A DNA stretch of 64,000 bases, taken from positions 1 through 64,000 of the forward strand of contig CAWBEI010000006.1 in NCBI GenBank assembly GCA_963787835.1, in the 5' to 3' direction. Position numbers and translations under genes: made by a program. The DNA is from Ignavibacteriota bacterium (GTDB lineage Bacteria > Bacteroidota > Ignavibacteria > Palsa-1295). Below, piece after piece: positions 19,848 to 29,859 of this stretch (its first letter is position 1; each line of letters starts with the position of its first letter). The notes beneath the pieces were generated by a model that saw only the letters and a list, made by a program, of their open reading frames with translations, searched no databases and had not been told where the DNA came from.

Positions 19848-22244
19848 TTACCATCTCGCCAAAGTCTCCATCGCCGCCTTAATCTTAGCCGGATTTGGCA
19901 GAATCGCATCTTCATAAGGCTTTGCAAAGCCGACGGGCGTGAAGGTTGAGCCGACGCGCATGACCGGTGCATCGAGCGACTGGAAGGCATGTTCGTTGAT
20001 GAGGGCGGTCAATTCACCACCGAAGCCACCGGTTATCTTGTCCTCATGCACTATAAGAGCCTTGCCAGTTTTCTCTACCGATTTCAAAATAGCATTCAGA
20101 TCGAGCGGGTAGAGCGATCGGAGGTCGAGCACATCGCATTGAATGCCATGCTCGTTTGCGAGTTCTTCGGCAGCCTGCAAGGAGAAGTGGGTGGTCGTCC
20201 CGTATGTAATGATCGAAAGGTCTTTACCTTCCCGCCGTAACCTGGCTTTACCAAATGGGATAAGCTCGTTTTCGGCGAGTGGATACGCCTTCGACATCGG
20301 GTGATAATACAGATATTTCGGTTCAAGATAAACCGTTACGCCGCGTGTGCGGAAGGCGCTCCTCAGCAGACCCTGCGCATCATCGGCAAAGCATGGCTGA
20401 ACGACCCTAACGCCCGGAATCGTGGTAAACATACCCTCCAAATTCTGGGAGTGGTAAAGTCCTCCGCCGATGTATCCGCCTGAGGCAATACGAATAACAA
20501 TATTCGGAGCGTATTGTCCACGAGTACGCCAGTAAGCGTGAGAAAGCTCGATAAATGACTCCATGGCCGGCCAGAAGTAGTCGGCAAATTCGGCACCTTC
20601 AACGCATACCCAAATGTGCTCCTGATCGACGCGGCAAAAACCGTCGGCAGACCCAAGAATAAAGTCTTCGGCGATCGGGCCATTGAAGACGCGATCATTG
20701 CCGAATTCCTGGAGCATCCCCTTCGTCACATTGAATACTCCGCCTTTATTCTTAGAAGCAACATCCTCGCCCCAGAGGAATGTGTTCGGGTTAATTCTAA
20801 ACTCTTCTTTCAGCGTGAGGTTGATACCCTCAATAAATTGCAATCCTTCCTCCTTACCTTTGGGTAGGGTATAAGGGTAGTATGTGGTGCCAGAATCCTC
20901 AGGTTGGATGGTGTAGGATTCGCTTGAAACGATGCGGTCGGATGGGAGCACAAAATCGAGTACATCCGAAGGATTTGCAGGTGGTGCAGCCTCTGCCTTG
21001 TCCGCCGCTTCTCGGAAATACTTCTGATTCTCCTCGTGGATGTTGTTCAGTTCTTCCGTCGTTGCAACCTCGTTCTGAATAAGCCAATCCTCAAAGCGCT
21101 TCAGTGGGTCGCGCAATTTCACCGCTTCCAGTTCTTCCGGCGAGCGATATAGATCCTGGCGATCGGAATTGGAATGCGAACCAATGCGGACGCAATCCGC
21201 ATGCACCATCGCTGCACCGCGCCCACTCAAGCACCATTCATACGCTTCCTGCATGGCGCGGTAGCTATCGAGGATGTCTGTGCCATCGCAATAAGTTATG
21301 AGAAGATTATCGAAGCCTCTGAAATTATCGGCAACGCGCGAATTTGCGGATTGCTCGGATACGGGCACGCTGATGCCATATTTGTTATTCTGTATTACAA
21401 AAATCGCAGGGACCTTTTCTCGTGTCGCTCCATTGACCGCTTCATAGAAGAATCCCTCGCTGGTTCCGGACTCTCCGCCAGAAAAAATAGAAACGGCTTC
21501 CAGTTTGTAATACTTGATCGCGCGCGCGCAGCCGGCCGTATGCTGTGCCTGATTATCGGTCAGGGAAGAGTGCGTCTCAATGTTCAGAGACATCTTGGCG
21601 AAATGGTTGGACATGTGGCGGCCACCACCTGCGACATCCGTATCCTTCGAAAGCCCGTTCAGAACGATCTCTTCGACAGTCAGCCCAGCCGCAAGACACG
21701 TCATCAGATCGCGATAGTAGGGGAAGAGATAATCTTTTTTAGCGCGGAAACTTACACCGATGGCAAGCTGGATTCCTTCATGACCCGCACAAGGGGCATG
21801 ATAGCTCCAGCCCATCGCCTTTTTGAGGTAATTCGCAGCAGCCGAATCTGTGATACGGCCGAGGTCCATTAAACGAAACCATTCGAGTAATTGCGTTCGA
21901 TCGGCACCGGATTGCTCGAATGTTCCTTTGAACGAACGTGCGCCATCGACCATCGGCCCGCGAAGTTCCGCGCCATTTGGCATCCGACTCAGAGAGGCGG
22001 GCGCAATATGAGGCGAAACCGTTTCAGCAAGCATCTCAATTTCGGAATCCATTTTTGCTCCAGATGCCATATCCATTGAGCCATCCGTTTGGGTAGCCTG
22101 TGTTCGTGCAGCAGATCCATTGGTCGATCCGTTATTTGGAGAAGAGCCGTTTCCGGCAGCGACATCCGCATGTGTCAGAATAGGCTGAGTTTCTGCTACT
22201 TGGATATCGGTTTCCTGGGTCTTATTTTTTTTCAGTTTAGACAT
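19848..22244 (-). CDS. 2-oxoacid (branched-chain type) dehydrogenase E1 alpha/beta fusion
   Basis: GHEG, PYYRD, TPP-binding region ending NNKYGIS, HSNSD, GEDV, GGLYHSQ, EPKYLY, DLRSLYPLD. About 100 aa of low-complexity N-terminal extension. Confidence 0.93.
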   Translation of the reverse strand: MSKLKKNKTQETDIQVAETQPILTHADVAAGNGSSPNNGSTNGSAARTQATQTDGSMDMASGAKMDSEIEMLAETVSPHIAPASLSRMPNGAELRGPMVDGARSFKGTFEQSGADRTQLLEWFRLMDLGRITDSAAANYLKKAMGWSYHAPCAGHEGIQLAIGVSFRAKKDYLFPYYRDLMTCLAAGLTVEEIVLNGLSKDTDVAGGGRHMSNHFAKMSLNIETHSSLTDNQAQHTAGCARAIKYYKLEAVSIFSGGESGTSEGFFYEAVNGATREKVPAIFVIQNNKYGISVPVSEQSANSRVADNFRGFDNLLITYCDGTDILDSYRAMQEAYEWCLSGRGAAMVHADCVRIGSHSNSDRQDLYRSPEELEAVKLRDPLKRFEDWLIQNEVATTEELNNIHEENQKYFREAADKAEAAPPANPSDVLDFVLPSDRIVSSESYTIQPEDSGTTYYPYTLPKGKEEGLQFIEGINLTLKEEFRINPNTFLWGEDVASKNKGGVFNVTKGMLQEFGNDRVFNGPIAEDFILGSADGFCRVDQEHIWVCVEGAEFADYFWPAMESFIELSHAYWRTRGQYAPNIVIRIASGGYIGGGLYHSQNLEGMFTTIPGVRVVQPCFADDAQGLLRSAFRTRGVTVYLEPKYLYYHPMSKAYPLAENELIPFGKARLRREGKDLSIITYGTTTHFSLQAAEELANEHGIQCDVLDLRSLYPLDLNAILKSVEKTGKALIVHEDKITGGFGGELTALINEHAFQSLDAPVMRVGSTFTPVGFAKPYEDAILPNPAKIKAAMETLARW

Positions 22245-22328
22245 TCCTTTACAAAATTCTTACGACCAGCCAGAAACAAGGCGGCGCAGGGATTAGTGGC
22301 AGAAAGACCCTTCCATTGGCTATGTTGC

Positions 22329-22342
22329 TTGATATTTATCAA
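22329..22342. promoter_or_regulatory. Perfect FNR-type palindrome TTGAT-ATTT-ATCAA
   Basis: Exact TTGAT-N4-ATCAA in a divergent intergenic region. Confidence 0.5.
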
Positions 22343-22444
22343 TAGTATAATTTTCATTGGAACGAGAACTTCATCTTTTAGGATATAAGTATTTGTTGCG
22401 AGTGACCCGGATGTGGTTCATCCAGGCACCTTCATTACATTGCG

Positions 22445-24409
22445 ATGCGAAACGAAGTAACGATTCTTATTCTCCAGGATCGTCCAAGTGGCCTGGAAAA
22501 GCTTCAGGATGAGCTGCGGCGTGTCCAACTATTTCCGCTATTTTCTTATATTTCTGACAGCAAAGAGCTAAGGCACTCTCAGAAGCGGCTTGATGTGGAC
22601 GTCATCATCCTCGTACAACGATATTTTGATATTCCCTTCGAGAATGTCCTGCATCAAGTGAGAAATCAGGGACTCCAAATCCCGATCATCGTGATATTAC
22701 CAGATGGGCAGGATCTTCAGGGGATAGAACTTATGAAACGGGGAGCGCAGGATTTCCTCCTGGAGACAGAATTACAACGGCTACCTCCCTCTGTTTTTCT
22801 TGCAATCCGCAACCGCACACACCACCCATTTCCCACGAACGGATCGATGAACGGACAACGGATCGAGCATAGTCCAGTTTCCTCTGATCCAATCGAATCG
22901 ACGAATCCCAACATGGTGGAGGGTTCCATCATTGGGCAACTGATCGATGTCGTAACGGAAGTGGATGTCATTGGAACTATCGTTTATGAGAGTCCCTCGA
23001 TCACCGAACAATTAGGTTATACTCAGGATGAACTCATCGGGCGGAACGCATTTTCATTGATCCATCCTTTGGATGTCCCAAAGGTCATGCCGATCTTTAT
23101 GGTCGCATTGGCAACTCCGGAGATCCCCCACTCTGCGCGATTCCGGTTCAAGCACAAGAATGGAACCTGGCGAATCCTGGAGGCGGTAGGGAAGTCCATC
23201 ATCTCCAAGAAAGGTGATCGTCACGTCATCGTAACATCCCGTGTTTTCACCGAAGAAGTTCGCCCGCGCACAAATCTTGTCGATACCGACGACCGTTTCA
23301 TGCGCGTTGTTGAAGCCCTGGGGGAAGGCATACTGATTACAGATACCTCCGATAAGATCCTCTATGCTAACATGCAGATGGCGGAATTCACCGGGCACGA
23401 AGTAGGGAAGTTACTTGGACAGGTATCCTATAAGTTATTCCTTCCCGAGGAGGCGTGGCCGCTTTATATGCACCAGAAAGAAAAATGGCTGCTTGGTAAC
23501 CGGGAAGAATATGAGATATCGCTCCCACGTACTAACGGGGAACAGCTTTGTATGCATGTGAACGTTTCTCCGTATCGAAATAACGAGGGACACATCATTG
23601 GGACCCTTTCCGCATTCATCGACATCACGAATCGCAAACGTGCTGAAGAGGAAGTTCAGAGAGCATTCGAGCATCTGAAAGTTGCGAAAGAGCGGGCAGA
23701 GGAGATGAACCGGTTAAAAACCAGTTTCTTAAATAATATCGGCCATGAAGTTCGGACGCCACTTAACTCGATTCTTGGCTTTTCCTCTTTGATGAGCGAG
23801 TTGATGCCGGGAACGGATTTTGCGACCTATGCCGAGGCGATCCACACGAGCGGCAAGCGCCTTTTTGACACCTTTGAGAGTATTCTCGATCTTTCGCGCG
23901 TCGAGTCCAACACGCTTGCGCTCCATCCGGTCCGCGTTTCTCTCGATGCAGAGATCTATCGCATTTCGGGACAGCTTGAGCCACAAGCAAGAGAAAAAGG
24001 GTTAGAAATGAGCGTTGAAGTACGATCACCCGTCCACGCCTGTGTCGATCCACATTATTTCGAGCGTGTCATCAGAAACCTGATGGGCAATGCGATTAAA
24101 TTTACTTCGAACGGTTCTGTTCGCATTCGTCTTGACCAGGGACATGAGCCGGATTTCGCAGAAATTCAGATCGTCGATACAGGGATAGGTATTTCGGAAG
24201 ATTTTCTCCCGCACCTTTTCGAGGAATTCTATCAGGAGTCCGACGGCCTTGCCCGCAAATTTGAAGGAACCGGACTTGGGCTGAGAATCGCTAAACGGTT
24301 ATTGGATGCCATGGGAGGTTCACTTCTTGTAAAAAGCACGAAAGGGAAGGGAAGCTGCTTTATTATCAGATTACCGCTGAATTTACAAGTACCTGTAGAA
24401 CAAGCCTAA
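22445..24409 (+). CDS. Cytoplasmic sensor histidine kinase: degenerate REC-PAS-PAS-HisKA-HATPase
   Basis: GHEVRTPLN H-box, NLMGNAIKFT, DTGIGI, GTGLGL. Two PAS/PAC domains. Confidence 0.93.
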   Translation: MRNEVTILILQDRPSGLEKLQDELRRVQLFPLFSYISDSKELRHSQKRLDVDVIILVQRYFDIPFENVLHQVRNQGLQIPIIVILPDGQDLQGIELMKRGAQDFLLETELQRLPPSVFLAIRNRTHHPFPTNGSMNGQRIEHSPVSSDPIESTNPNMVEGSIIGQLIDVVTEVDVIGTIVYESPSITEQLGYTQDELIGRNAFSLIHPLDVPKVMPIFMVALATPEIPHSARFRFKHKNGTWRILEAVGKSIISKKGDRHVIVTSRVFTEEVRPRTNLVDTDDRFMRVVEALGEGILITDTSDKILYANMQMAEFTGHEVGKLLGQVSYKLFLPEEAWPLYMHQKEKWLLGNREEYEISLPRTNGEQLCMHVNVSPYRNNEGHIIGTLSAFIDITNRKRAEEEVQRAFEHLKVAKERAEEMNRLKTSFLNNIGHEVRTPLNSILGFSSLMSELMPGTDFATYAEAIHTSGKRLFDTFESILDLSRVESNTLALHPVRVSLDAEIYRISGQLEPQAREKGLEMSVEVRSPVHACVDPHYFERVIRNLMGNAIKFTSNGSVRIRLDQGHEPDFAEIQIVDTGIGISEDFLPHLFEEFYQESDGLARKFEGTGLGLRIAKRLLDAMGGSLLVKSTKGKGSCFIIRLPLNLQVPVEQA

Positions 24410-24725
24410 GATATAGACTTTTTCGATCAGCATTCATGAATACTTTGGTTGATGTGCTGAATTTTTCATAGAATTCTTTTGTAACCCGGCGCACCCTGTG
24501 CGTTTTAATAATTAGGGGTCTATCCGTTCAGTTAAAACTGATCAAATAGATGGAACTAAGGGCTTGAATTCTTCCTTCCACCATCTGCTATTTGGTCAGG
24601 ATTGTGCTTTGGTACTCGTCATTTCATTTTTGGTGTTTTTCATGTTTCAAAACGATTCTAATTCACTCAAGAGCATGACACATTCTCATTCTATCTTCAA
24701 TTTCGTTTTCAGTGGTAAGCGCGAC

Positions 24726-26750
24726 ATGGCAACTCGGTCGTTCGTGGGCTTTTTCATCGTTGTTGTAGCGATATTCTGCTGGGGTGCCGCTCCTGTGAGA
24801 GCCCAGCAGCAATCCAGCGGGATTTCGATCACGCCGCATACACATGACATTCTCTCGATCACGAGCCGCGATTACTGGATGGCGTTTCCAGGAAATTATG
24901 GCGGTGAAAATGATGGAGGTAAGTACATTATGCTCTATATCTCCAGCGTTGATTCTACAACGGCCTACATCGAGGTGAATGGCAATGTGGATACGGTTGC
25001 AGTCGTTCCTTGTATGCCTGTTACGTATAGTGTGCCTCTAATCTTGGAAATGCTTTCGAGCGATTCGTTGGAAAACAAAGCCGTACATGTATGGTCGAAC
25101 GATGCCTCGCTCTTTGTGGACTTCAATTCACATGATGCATATACATCCGATGCCTCCTACGTAATCCCGAGCGCTGGTTGGGGGGAGACTTATATTCTCG
25201 CAGCTTATGAATCATTGAACGCGTCGCTCGCGGGCGAAGGAGATGGTTATCCTTATGACTATCCTTCAGAATTCGTTATCGTTTCAAATCAGGATTCGAC
25301 GCAAGTGACGATCACTCCCTCGTTTGCACTTCGAAGCACTCGTGGCGATAGCTCCACGGTTTACCCGGCAGGAATTCCGTTTACAATCACAATGCAAACG
25401 GGGCAGGCCGTTCAATACGAGACAGTCCGGATTACGGATACTACAACCATACCATTTGACGCGACCGGGACTCAGATCGTCTCTTCGAATCCCGTAGGTG
25501 TTATTGGTGCATCGTCATGCGCTAATATCCCGGTGCAATTCCCGTATTGCGATTTTGTGTGCGAGATGATTCCGCCAATTCGGACATGGGGAGAAACCTA
25601 CTACACCGCTCCGCTTTATGGCCGCGTAGGAGGCGATACCTATGTGGCGATTGGATCACAATCGGATCAAGTGATAACCAGAACTGATGCCACCGGTTCA
25701 GCCACCTTCGCAACCCTTGTCAACCCCTACGATCACGCCTGGACTCATAGCGTTGCTAATCCCAGCTCATGGACAAGTAACGCGCCTTTTCTCCTCATTC
25801 AATATTCGAATAGTTCGACCTGGCCAAAGGGTGAGAACGGTAGCTATGATCCATTTATGATGGCGCTGAATGCTGTCGATCATTTTTCGACCCCGGTTAT
25901 TTTTAACGTGCTTCATAACGCAGTAGATCAATCGCCTTACTATTGGCACGCGGATATTATTGCGCGCTCAGGAATCCCGGTTTTTGTTAATGGTGCTCCC
26001 ATAGGGATTGCTCCAATGTATGACGATGGTTTTTGCTCGGTCTATCAATTGGACTCCTTGCAATACCGGCAGTACGTCGCTGCTTCCGATAGTGGAGTAT
26101 CCGTGAGCGTGTATGGAGATGGGTTTGATGAGGCAGTCGGTTATTCCGGAATGATCGGCGTTTCAACAACGGGAGGTCATGAGAGTGCTGCGCCTCAAGT
26201 GGTCGCTTCGCAGGTATCCGTCACAAGGACGACTTTTTCTGCTTCAAAACCTGCTTCACCCCTGACGGGACTTTCGGAATTCGAGATTGATTCCCTTTCG
26301 AACATGCAGATTATCCAGTCACCGAACTTTGTTGAAGGCAATGGAAGCGCGACTGGCTCGTTCGATCTGATGGTTGCTGATTCTACTAAAGCAGCCCATG
26401 CGACGGTTCGCGTGTTGGATATGGCTGGGAATTATACTACTGTCGTAAAGGACTATAGTCCATTGTCATCGTCTGTTTCAGCAACTCCTGTTGTGTCGTC
26501 CGTTGCAGTGGCTCCGAACCCCGCTGGCAAAGATTTCACGATCCAATATGTGCTGGATGCCGAAACGCATGTATCGGCGAATCTTTTCGATGTGCTTGGC
26601 AACCGAGTTCTCGCGTTATTCAACGGGGATCAGGGCGCTGGAGCGCAAAGTCTGGCGGTTGACACCCATCTCTTGCCGAACGGTGTCTATTTTTACCGTG
26701 TCGATCTCGATGGTGCCGTGCAATCGGGAAGGGTGGTTGTCGATAAGTAA
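24726..26750 (+). CDS. IgGFc-binding-domain protein with T9SS type A C-terminal domain
   Basis: Signal peptide, SDASYVIPSAGWGETY, SSNPVGVIG, EMIPPIRTWGETY, C-terminal PNP...DVLG...LPNGVYFYR. Start uncertain (24564-24726). Confidence 0.82.
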   Translation: MATRSFVGFFIVVVAIFCWGAAPVRAQQQSSGISITPHTHDILSITSRDYWMAFPGNYGGENDGGKYIMLYISSVDSTTAYIEVNGNVDTVAVVPCMPVTYSVPLILEMLSSDSLENKAVHVWSNDASLFVDFNSHDAYTSDASYVIPSAGWGETYILAAYESLNASLAGEGDGYPYDYPSEFVIVSNQDSTQVTITPSFALRSTRGDSSTVYPAGIPFTITMQTGQAVQYETVRITDTTTIPFDATGTQIVSSNPVGVIGASSCANIPVQFPYCDFVCEMIPPIRTWGETYYTAPLYGRVGGDTYVAIGSQSDQVITRTDATGSATFATLVNPYDHAWTHSVANPSSWTSNAPFLLIQYSNSSTWPKGENGSYDPFMMALNAVDHFSTPVIFNVLHNAVDQSPYYWHADIIARSGIPVFVNGAPIGIAPMYDDGFCSVYQLDSLQYRQYVAASDSGVSVSVYGDGFDEAVGYSGMIGVSTTGGHESAAPQVVASQVSVTRTTFSASKPASPLTGLSEFEIDSLSNMQIIQSPNFVEGNGSATGSFDLMVADSTKAAHATVRVLDMAGNYTTVVKDYSPLSSSVSATPVVSSVAVAPNPAGKDFTIQYVLDAETHVSANLFDVLGNRVLALFNGDQGAGAQSLAVDTHLLPNGVYFYRVDLDGAVQSGRVVVDK

Positions 26751-26760
26751 TAATGGGTGC

Positions 26761-26792
26761 GCAGCATCGGGAATAGATTCCCGATGCTACAC
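26761..26792 (-). repeat. GTAG-tagged palindromic repeat (GTAGCATCGGGAATCTATTCCCGATG) containing the rmuC stop codon
   Basis: 10-14 bp stem. 27/28 identical to 28296-28323. May also act as terminator for the convergent genes. Confidence 0.88.
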
Positions 26793-28298
26793 GGGCTGTC
26801 GCTCGGCTTGGGGAAGTTCAGCGGCTCGATCTAACAATGTTCCCGGAAGCTGTTTTGTAGCTTTCGCTCCCATTTCTTTCAATTGCTCCGATTGGCGAAC
26901 AAGATTTCCACTCCCTGAAGAGAGCTTATTCATCGCACCTCCATACACATTTTTCGCTTCATCCATCTTTCTACCAATGATGACCATATCATCGACGAAG
27001 CCGACAAATTTATCATACATCTTTCCTGCGCGGTCGGCGATTTCTAAGGCATTCTTAGTTTGACGCTCTTGCTTCCAGATCGACGAAATGGTCCGAAGTG
27101 TTGCGAGCAGCGTAGAGGGGCTGACGATCACGATCTTTCTTTCCCACGCATAAGAAAACAGCTCATTATCTGCCTGAACTGCAAGGCCAAATGAAGACTC
27201 GATCGGCATAAAGAGCAGGGTGAAATCCGGAGCATCGATTCCCGGGAGCGAAGGATAATTTTTATCGCTTAACGATTTGATATGGTTCTTGACCGATGCA
27301 ATATGTTCCAGGAGTGGCGCACTTCGCTCCTCATCGGTCTGTGCGGCAACATATCGGTCATACGCGACTAAAGAGACTTTTGCATCGACGATGATGTGCT
27401 TATTGTCAGGTAAATAGATGATGGCATCCGGTTGTTGCCTGCGCCCACTATCATCTTCCTGACTAACCTGAAGCTTATATTCTTCTCCTTTACGAAGACC
27501 TGAAAATTCCAGCACTTTTTCCAAGATCAGTTCTCCCCAATTGCCTTGTTTCTTCGTATCGCCTTTGAGAGCCAATGCCAGATTCGATGCCTCTTTGCTG
27601 ATCTGTTGGTTCAACTCGACCAAGTTTTTGATCTCGCCTCGGAGAGAGTTACGTTCAGAAGCCTCGGTGCGATACACCTCATCGACCTTCTGCTCGAAAT
27701 CGCGGATCTTTGTTTGTAATGGGGCAACAAGTTCTTGAATCGCTTGCTGGCGCTGTGCAAGGTCTCCTTTCGCAGATTCTTGGTACTTCCCGAGTGATTG
27801 CTGAGCTAAGGTCAGGAAAGAATCACTATTCGTTGTCAAGACTCGTTTACTGATGGCCTCGAACTGATTGGCCAGTTCTTCTCGGGCATCTTTCAATTTT
27901 TCAAAATTACGGCGGTCGGCTTCGAGTTCGGCTATAAGCCTTGCATTCTCGGCATTAAGTTCATTGATCTGCCGTTCGGCAGATTCCAGGGTGCGTTCTC
28001 GAGCTTCGATGGTTCGTTGAAGATTGGGAATTTGTTCTGTTTTTTCGCTCAATCGAGCTCGATCCGCTTCAAAGATCTGGATTTGATTATTGAGGCGCTT
28101 AACCTCCGCATCAAGTATAGGTATGCGTGCAGCATCCGATTCAAGCACGGCGTTACGTTCGCGCTCGTGTGCAAATTCTGATTCGAGAGATCGGCGTTTA
28201 CGCTGAAAGAGCGCATAGCTTATAACAAGCCCGATGAGGAAACCAACAACGGAATACAAAAGCTCTAATGGGATCATACCGAGCATAATCCGATTCAT
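26787..28298 (-). CDS. rmuC: DNA recombination protein RmuC
   Basis: TM helix, coiled coil, KKQGNWGELILEKVLE, PDAIIYLP, VDAKVSL, FMPIE, VSPSTLLATLRTI, GNLVRQ. Confidence 0.96.
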   Translation of the reverse strand: MNRIMLGMIPLELLYSVVGFLIGLVISYALFQRKRRSLESEFAHERERNAVLESDAARIPILDAEVKRLNNQIQIFEADRARLSEKTEQIPNLQRTIEARERTLESAERQINELNAENARLIAELEADRRNFEKLKDAREELANQFEAISKRVLTTNSDSFLTLAQQSLGKYQESAKGDLAQRQQAIQELVAPLQTKIRDFEQKVDEVYRTEASERNSLRGEIKNLVELNQQISKEASNLALALKGDTKKQGNWGELILEKVLEFSGLRKGEEYKLQVSQEDDSGRRQQPDAIIYLPDNKHIIVDAKVSLVAYDRYVAAQTDEERSAPLLEHIASVKNHIKSLSDKNYPSLPGIDAPDFTLLFMPIESSFGLAVQADNELFSYAWERKIVIVSPSTLLATLRTISSIWKQERQTKNALEIADRAGKMYDKFVGFVDDMVIIGRKMDEAKNVYGGAMNKLSSGSGNLVRQSEQLKEMGAKATKQLPGTLLDRAAELPQAERQPV

Positions 28299-28323
28299 CG
28301 GGAATATATTCCCGATGCTACAC
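28296..28323 (-). repeat. GTAG-tagged palindromic repeat (GTAGCATCGGGAATATATTCCCGATG) ending in the first rmuC ATG
   Basis: Direct repeat of 26765-26792. Confidence 0.88.
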
Positions 28324-28337
28324 AGGAATTACAAATA

Positions 28338-29750
28338 TTATAATGCCCTAGCGAATGCCAGTATCTTCTTCACGAGCGCCATGGTAGGAGCTTCAGCATA
28401 GTACCGCAGCAGCGGTTCAGTGCCGGACGCACGGAGCATGAACCATGCTCCTTTATCCAGTGTAAATTTATAGCCATCTAAGGTATCGACGCCTTTTACT
28501 TTCAATCCGGCGATCTCATCGAATCCATTTGCGGCTTTGGCAAGCACAGCGGCTTTTTGCTCGTGGGTAGTATGGAAATCATACCGGTCGTATTTATGAG
28601 GACCGAATTCTTTTTCAAGATTAGCGACAAGCTCTCCTGGTGATCTTTTAGCATGGGCACAGATCTCGCAAAGCAAAAGCCCATTGTAAAGGCCGTCCCT
28701 CTCAGGGATATGCAAGGCTGGAATACCTATCCCGCCGGATTCTTCTCCCCCGATGAGTACGCCGCCATCCAGCATGTACTGCGTGATGTATTTAAATCCC
28801 ACGGGCGTTCGGATGACTTTAAGATTATACTTCGCGCACATGTTATCCACCATGCTGGTGACGGATTGGCTGACGACAACGCTTCCTTTTTCCTTTCGAA
28901 CTTCCACAAGATATTGAAGAAGCAAACAGAGAATCATCTGGGAACTAAAGAAATTCCCATTTTCGTCTATGGCGCCAATGCGGTCTGCATCGCCATCGGT
29001 GACAAGACCAATATCACAGCGATTCTGCACGACATATTTCGATATTTCTTTCGTGGTATCCGGCAGCGGTTCCGGACGAGTATGGCCAAATCCTGGATTC
29101 CACACATTATGCAATACATCCGCATCGGGAAGTAGCGTTTCTAAGCATCCAACATTTGCACCGTACATCGGATCATAAACGACTTTTATTTTCGATCTCT
29201 TGATCTTGTTGAGATTGATGAGTTTCGCCAGCTCGTTCAGATAGATCGTCTTTGCGTCCAATTCTTGTATCTGACCCGATTTCTTAAATTCAGCGAATGG
29301 AGGAAGATCGTTAGCATGGCTTGCACAATACTTTTTATTTTCGTCACTGTTTGTATCAGCTTCGATCTCTGCTATTGCATCGGGCAATCCCGCGCCGCCG
29401 TAATCGCCCTTGATCTTGAAGCCGTTGTATTGTGCTGGATTGTGGGATGCCGTTATCATTACGCCACCGGCAAGCTTTTTCTTAACGATAGCGAGAGAAG
29501 TCCCTGGTGTAGAGATCACCGTCTTTGAAATATAAACCTTCAGTCCTTCTGACGCAAGCACGCGGGCCGACATCTCCGCGAATTCTCTGCTCAAAAACCG
29601 GCCATCGTAGCCGACGAACACACCCGCCGATGCTTTTGGATGTTTCTTGAAATAAAGCGCCGCGCCGCGCGAAACCTGATGAACATTTTCAAATGTATAA
29701 TTTTCCGCGATAACATCGCGCCAGCCGTCAGTACCGAATTTGATTTGCAT
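28338..29750 (-). CDS. Phosphoglucomutase/phosphomannomutase family protein
   Basis: FGTDGWR, TASHNP, DGDADR, GGEESGG, RASGTEP. Confidence 0.96.
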   Translation of the reverse strand: MQIKFGTDGWRDVIAENYTFENVHQVSRGAALYFKKHPKASAGVFVGYDGRFLSREFAEMSARVLASEGLKVYISKTVISTPGTSLAIVKKKLAGGVMITASHNPAQYNGFKIKGDYGGAGLPDAIAEIEADTNSDENKKYCASHANDLPPFAEFKKSGQIQELDAKTIYLNELAKLINLNKIKRSKIKVVYDPMYGANVGCLETLLPDADVLHNVWNPGFGHTRPEPLPDTTKEISKYVVQNRCDIGLVTDGDADRIGAIDENGNFFSSQMILCLLLQYLVEVRKEKGSVVVSQSVTSMVDNMCAKYNLKVIRTPVGFKYITQYMLDGGVLIGGEESGGIGIPALHIPERDGLYNGLLLCEICAHAKRSPGELVANLEKEFGPHKYDRYDFHTTHEQKAAVLAKAANGFDEIAGLKVKGVDTLDGYKFTLDKGAWFMLRASGTEPLLRYYAEAPTMALVKKILAFARAL

Positions 29751-29761
29751 AATAATTTGGC

Positions 29762-29859
29762 AATGTAGCGCAAACTTTAGTTTGCGATTCTTGGGGATAT
29801 GAAACGCAATAGTTGGAATGAAATTCCTAAGGTCGCAAACTAAAATTTTGCGCTACATT
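29762..29859. repeat. Inverted doublet of GTAG-tagged REPs (AATGTAGCGCAAACTTTAGTTTGCGA ... TCGCAAACTAAAATTTTGCGCTACATT), REPIN-like
   Basis: Each unit is palindromic and the two are inverted around a ~45-bp spacer. Confidence 0.88.
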
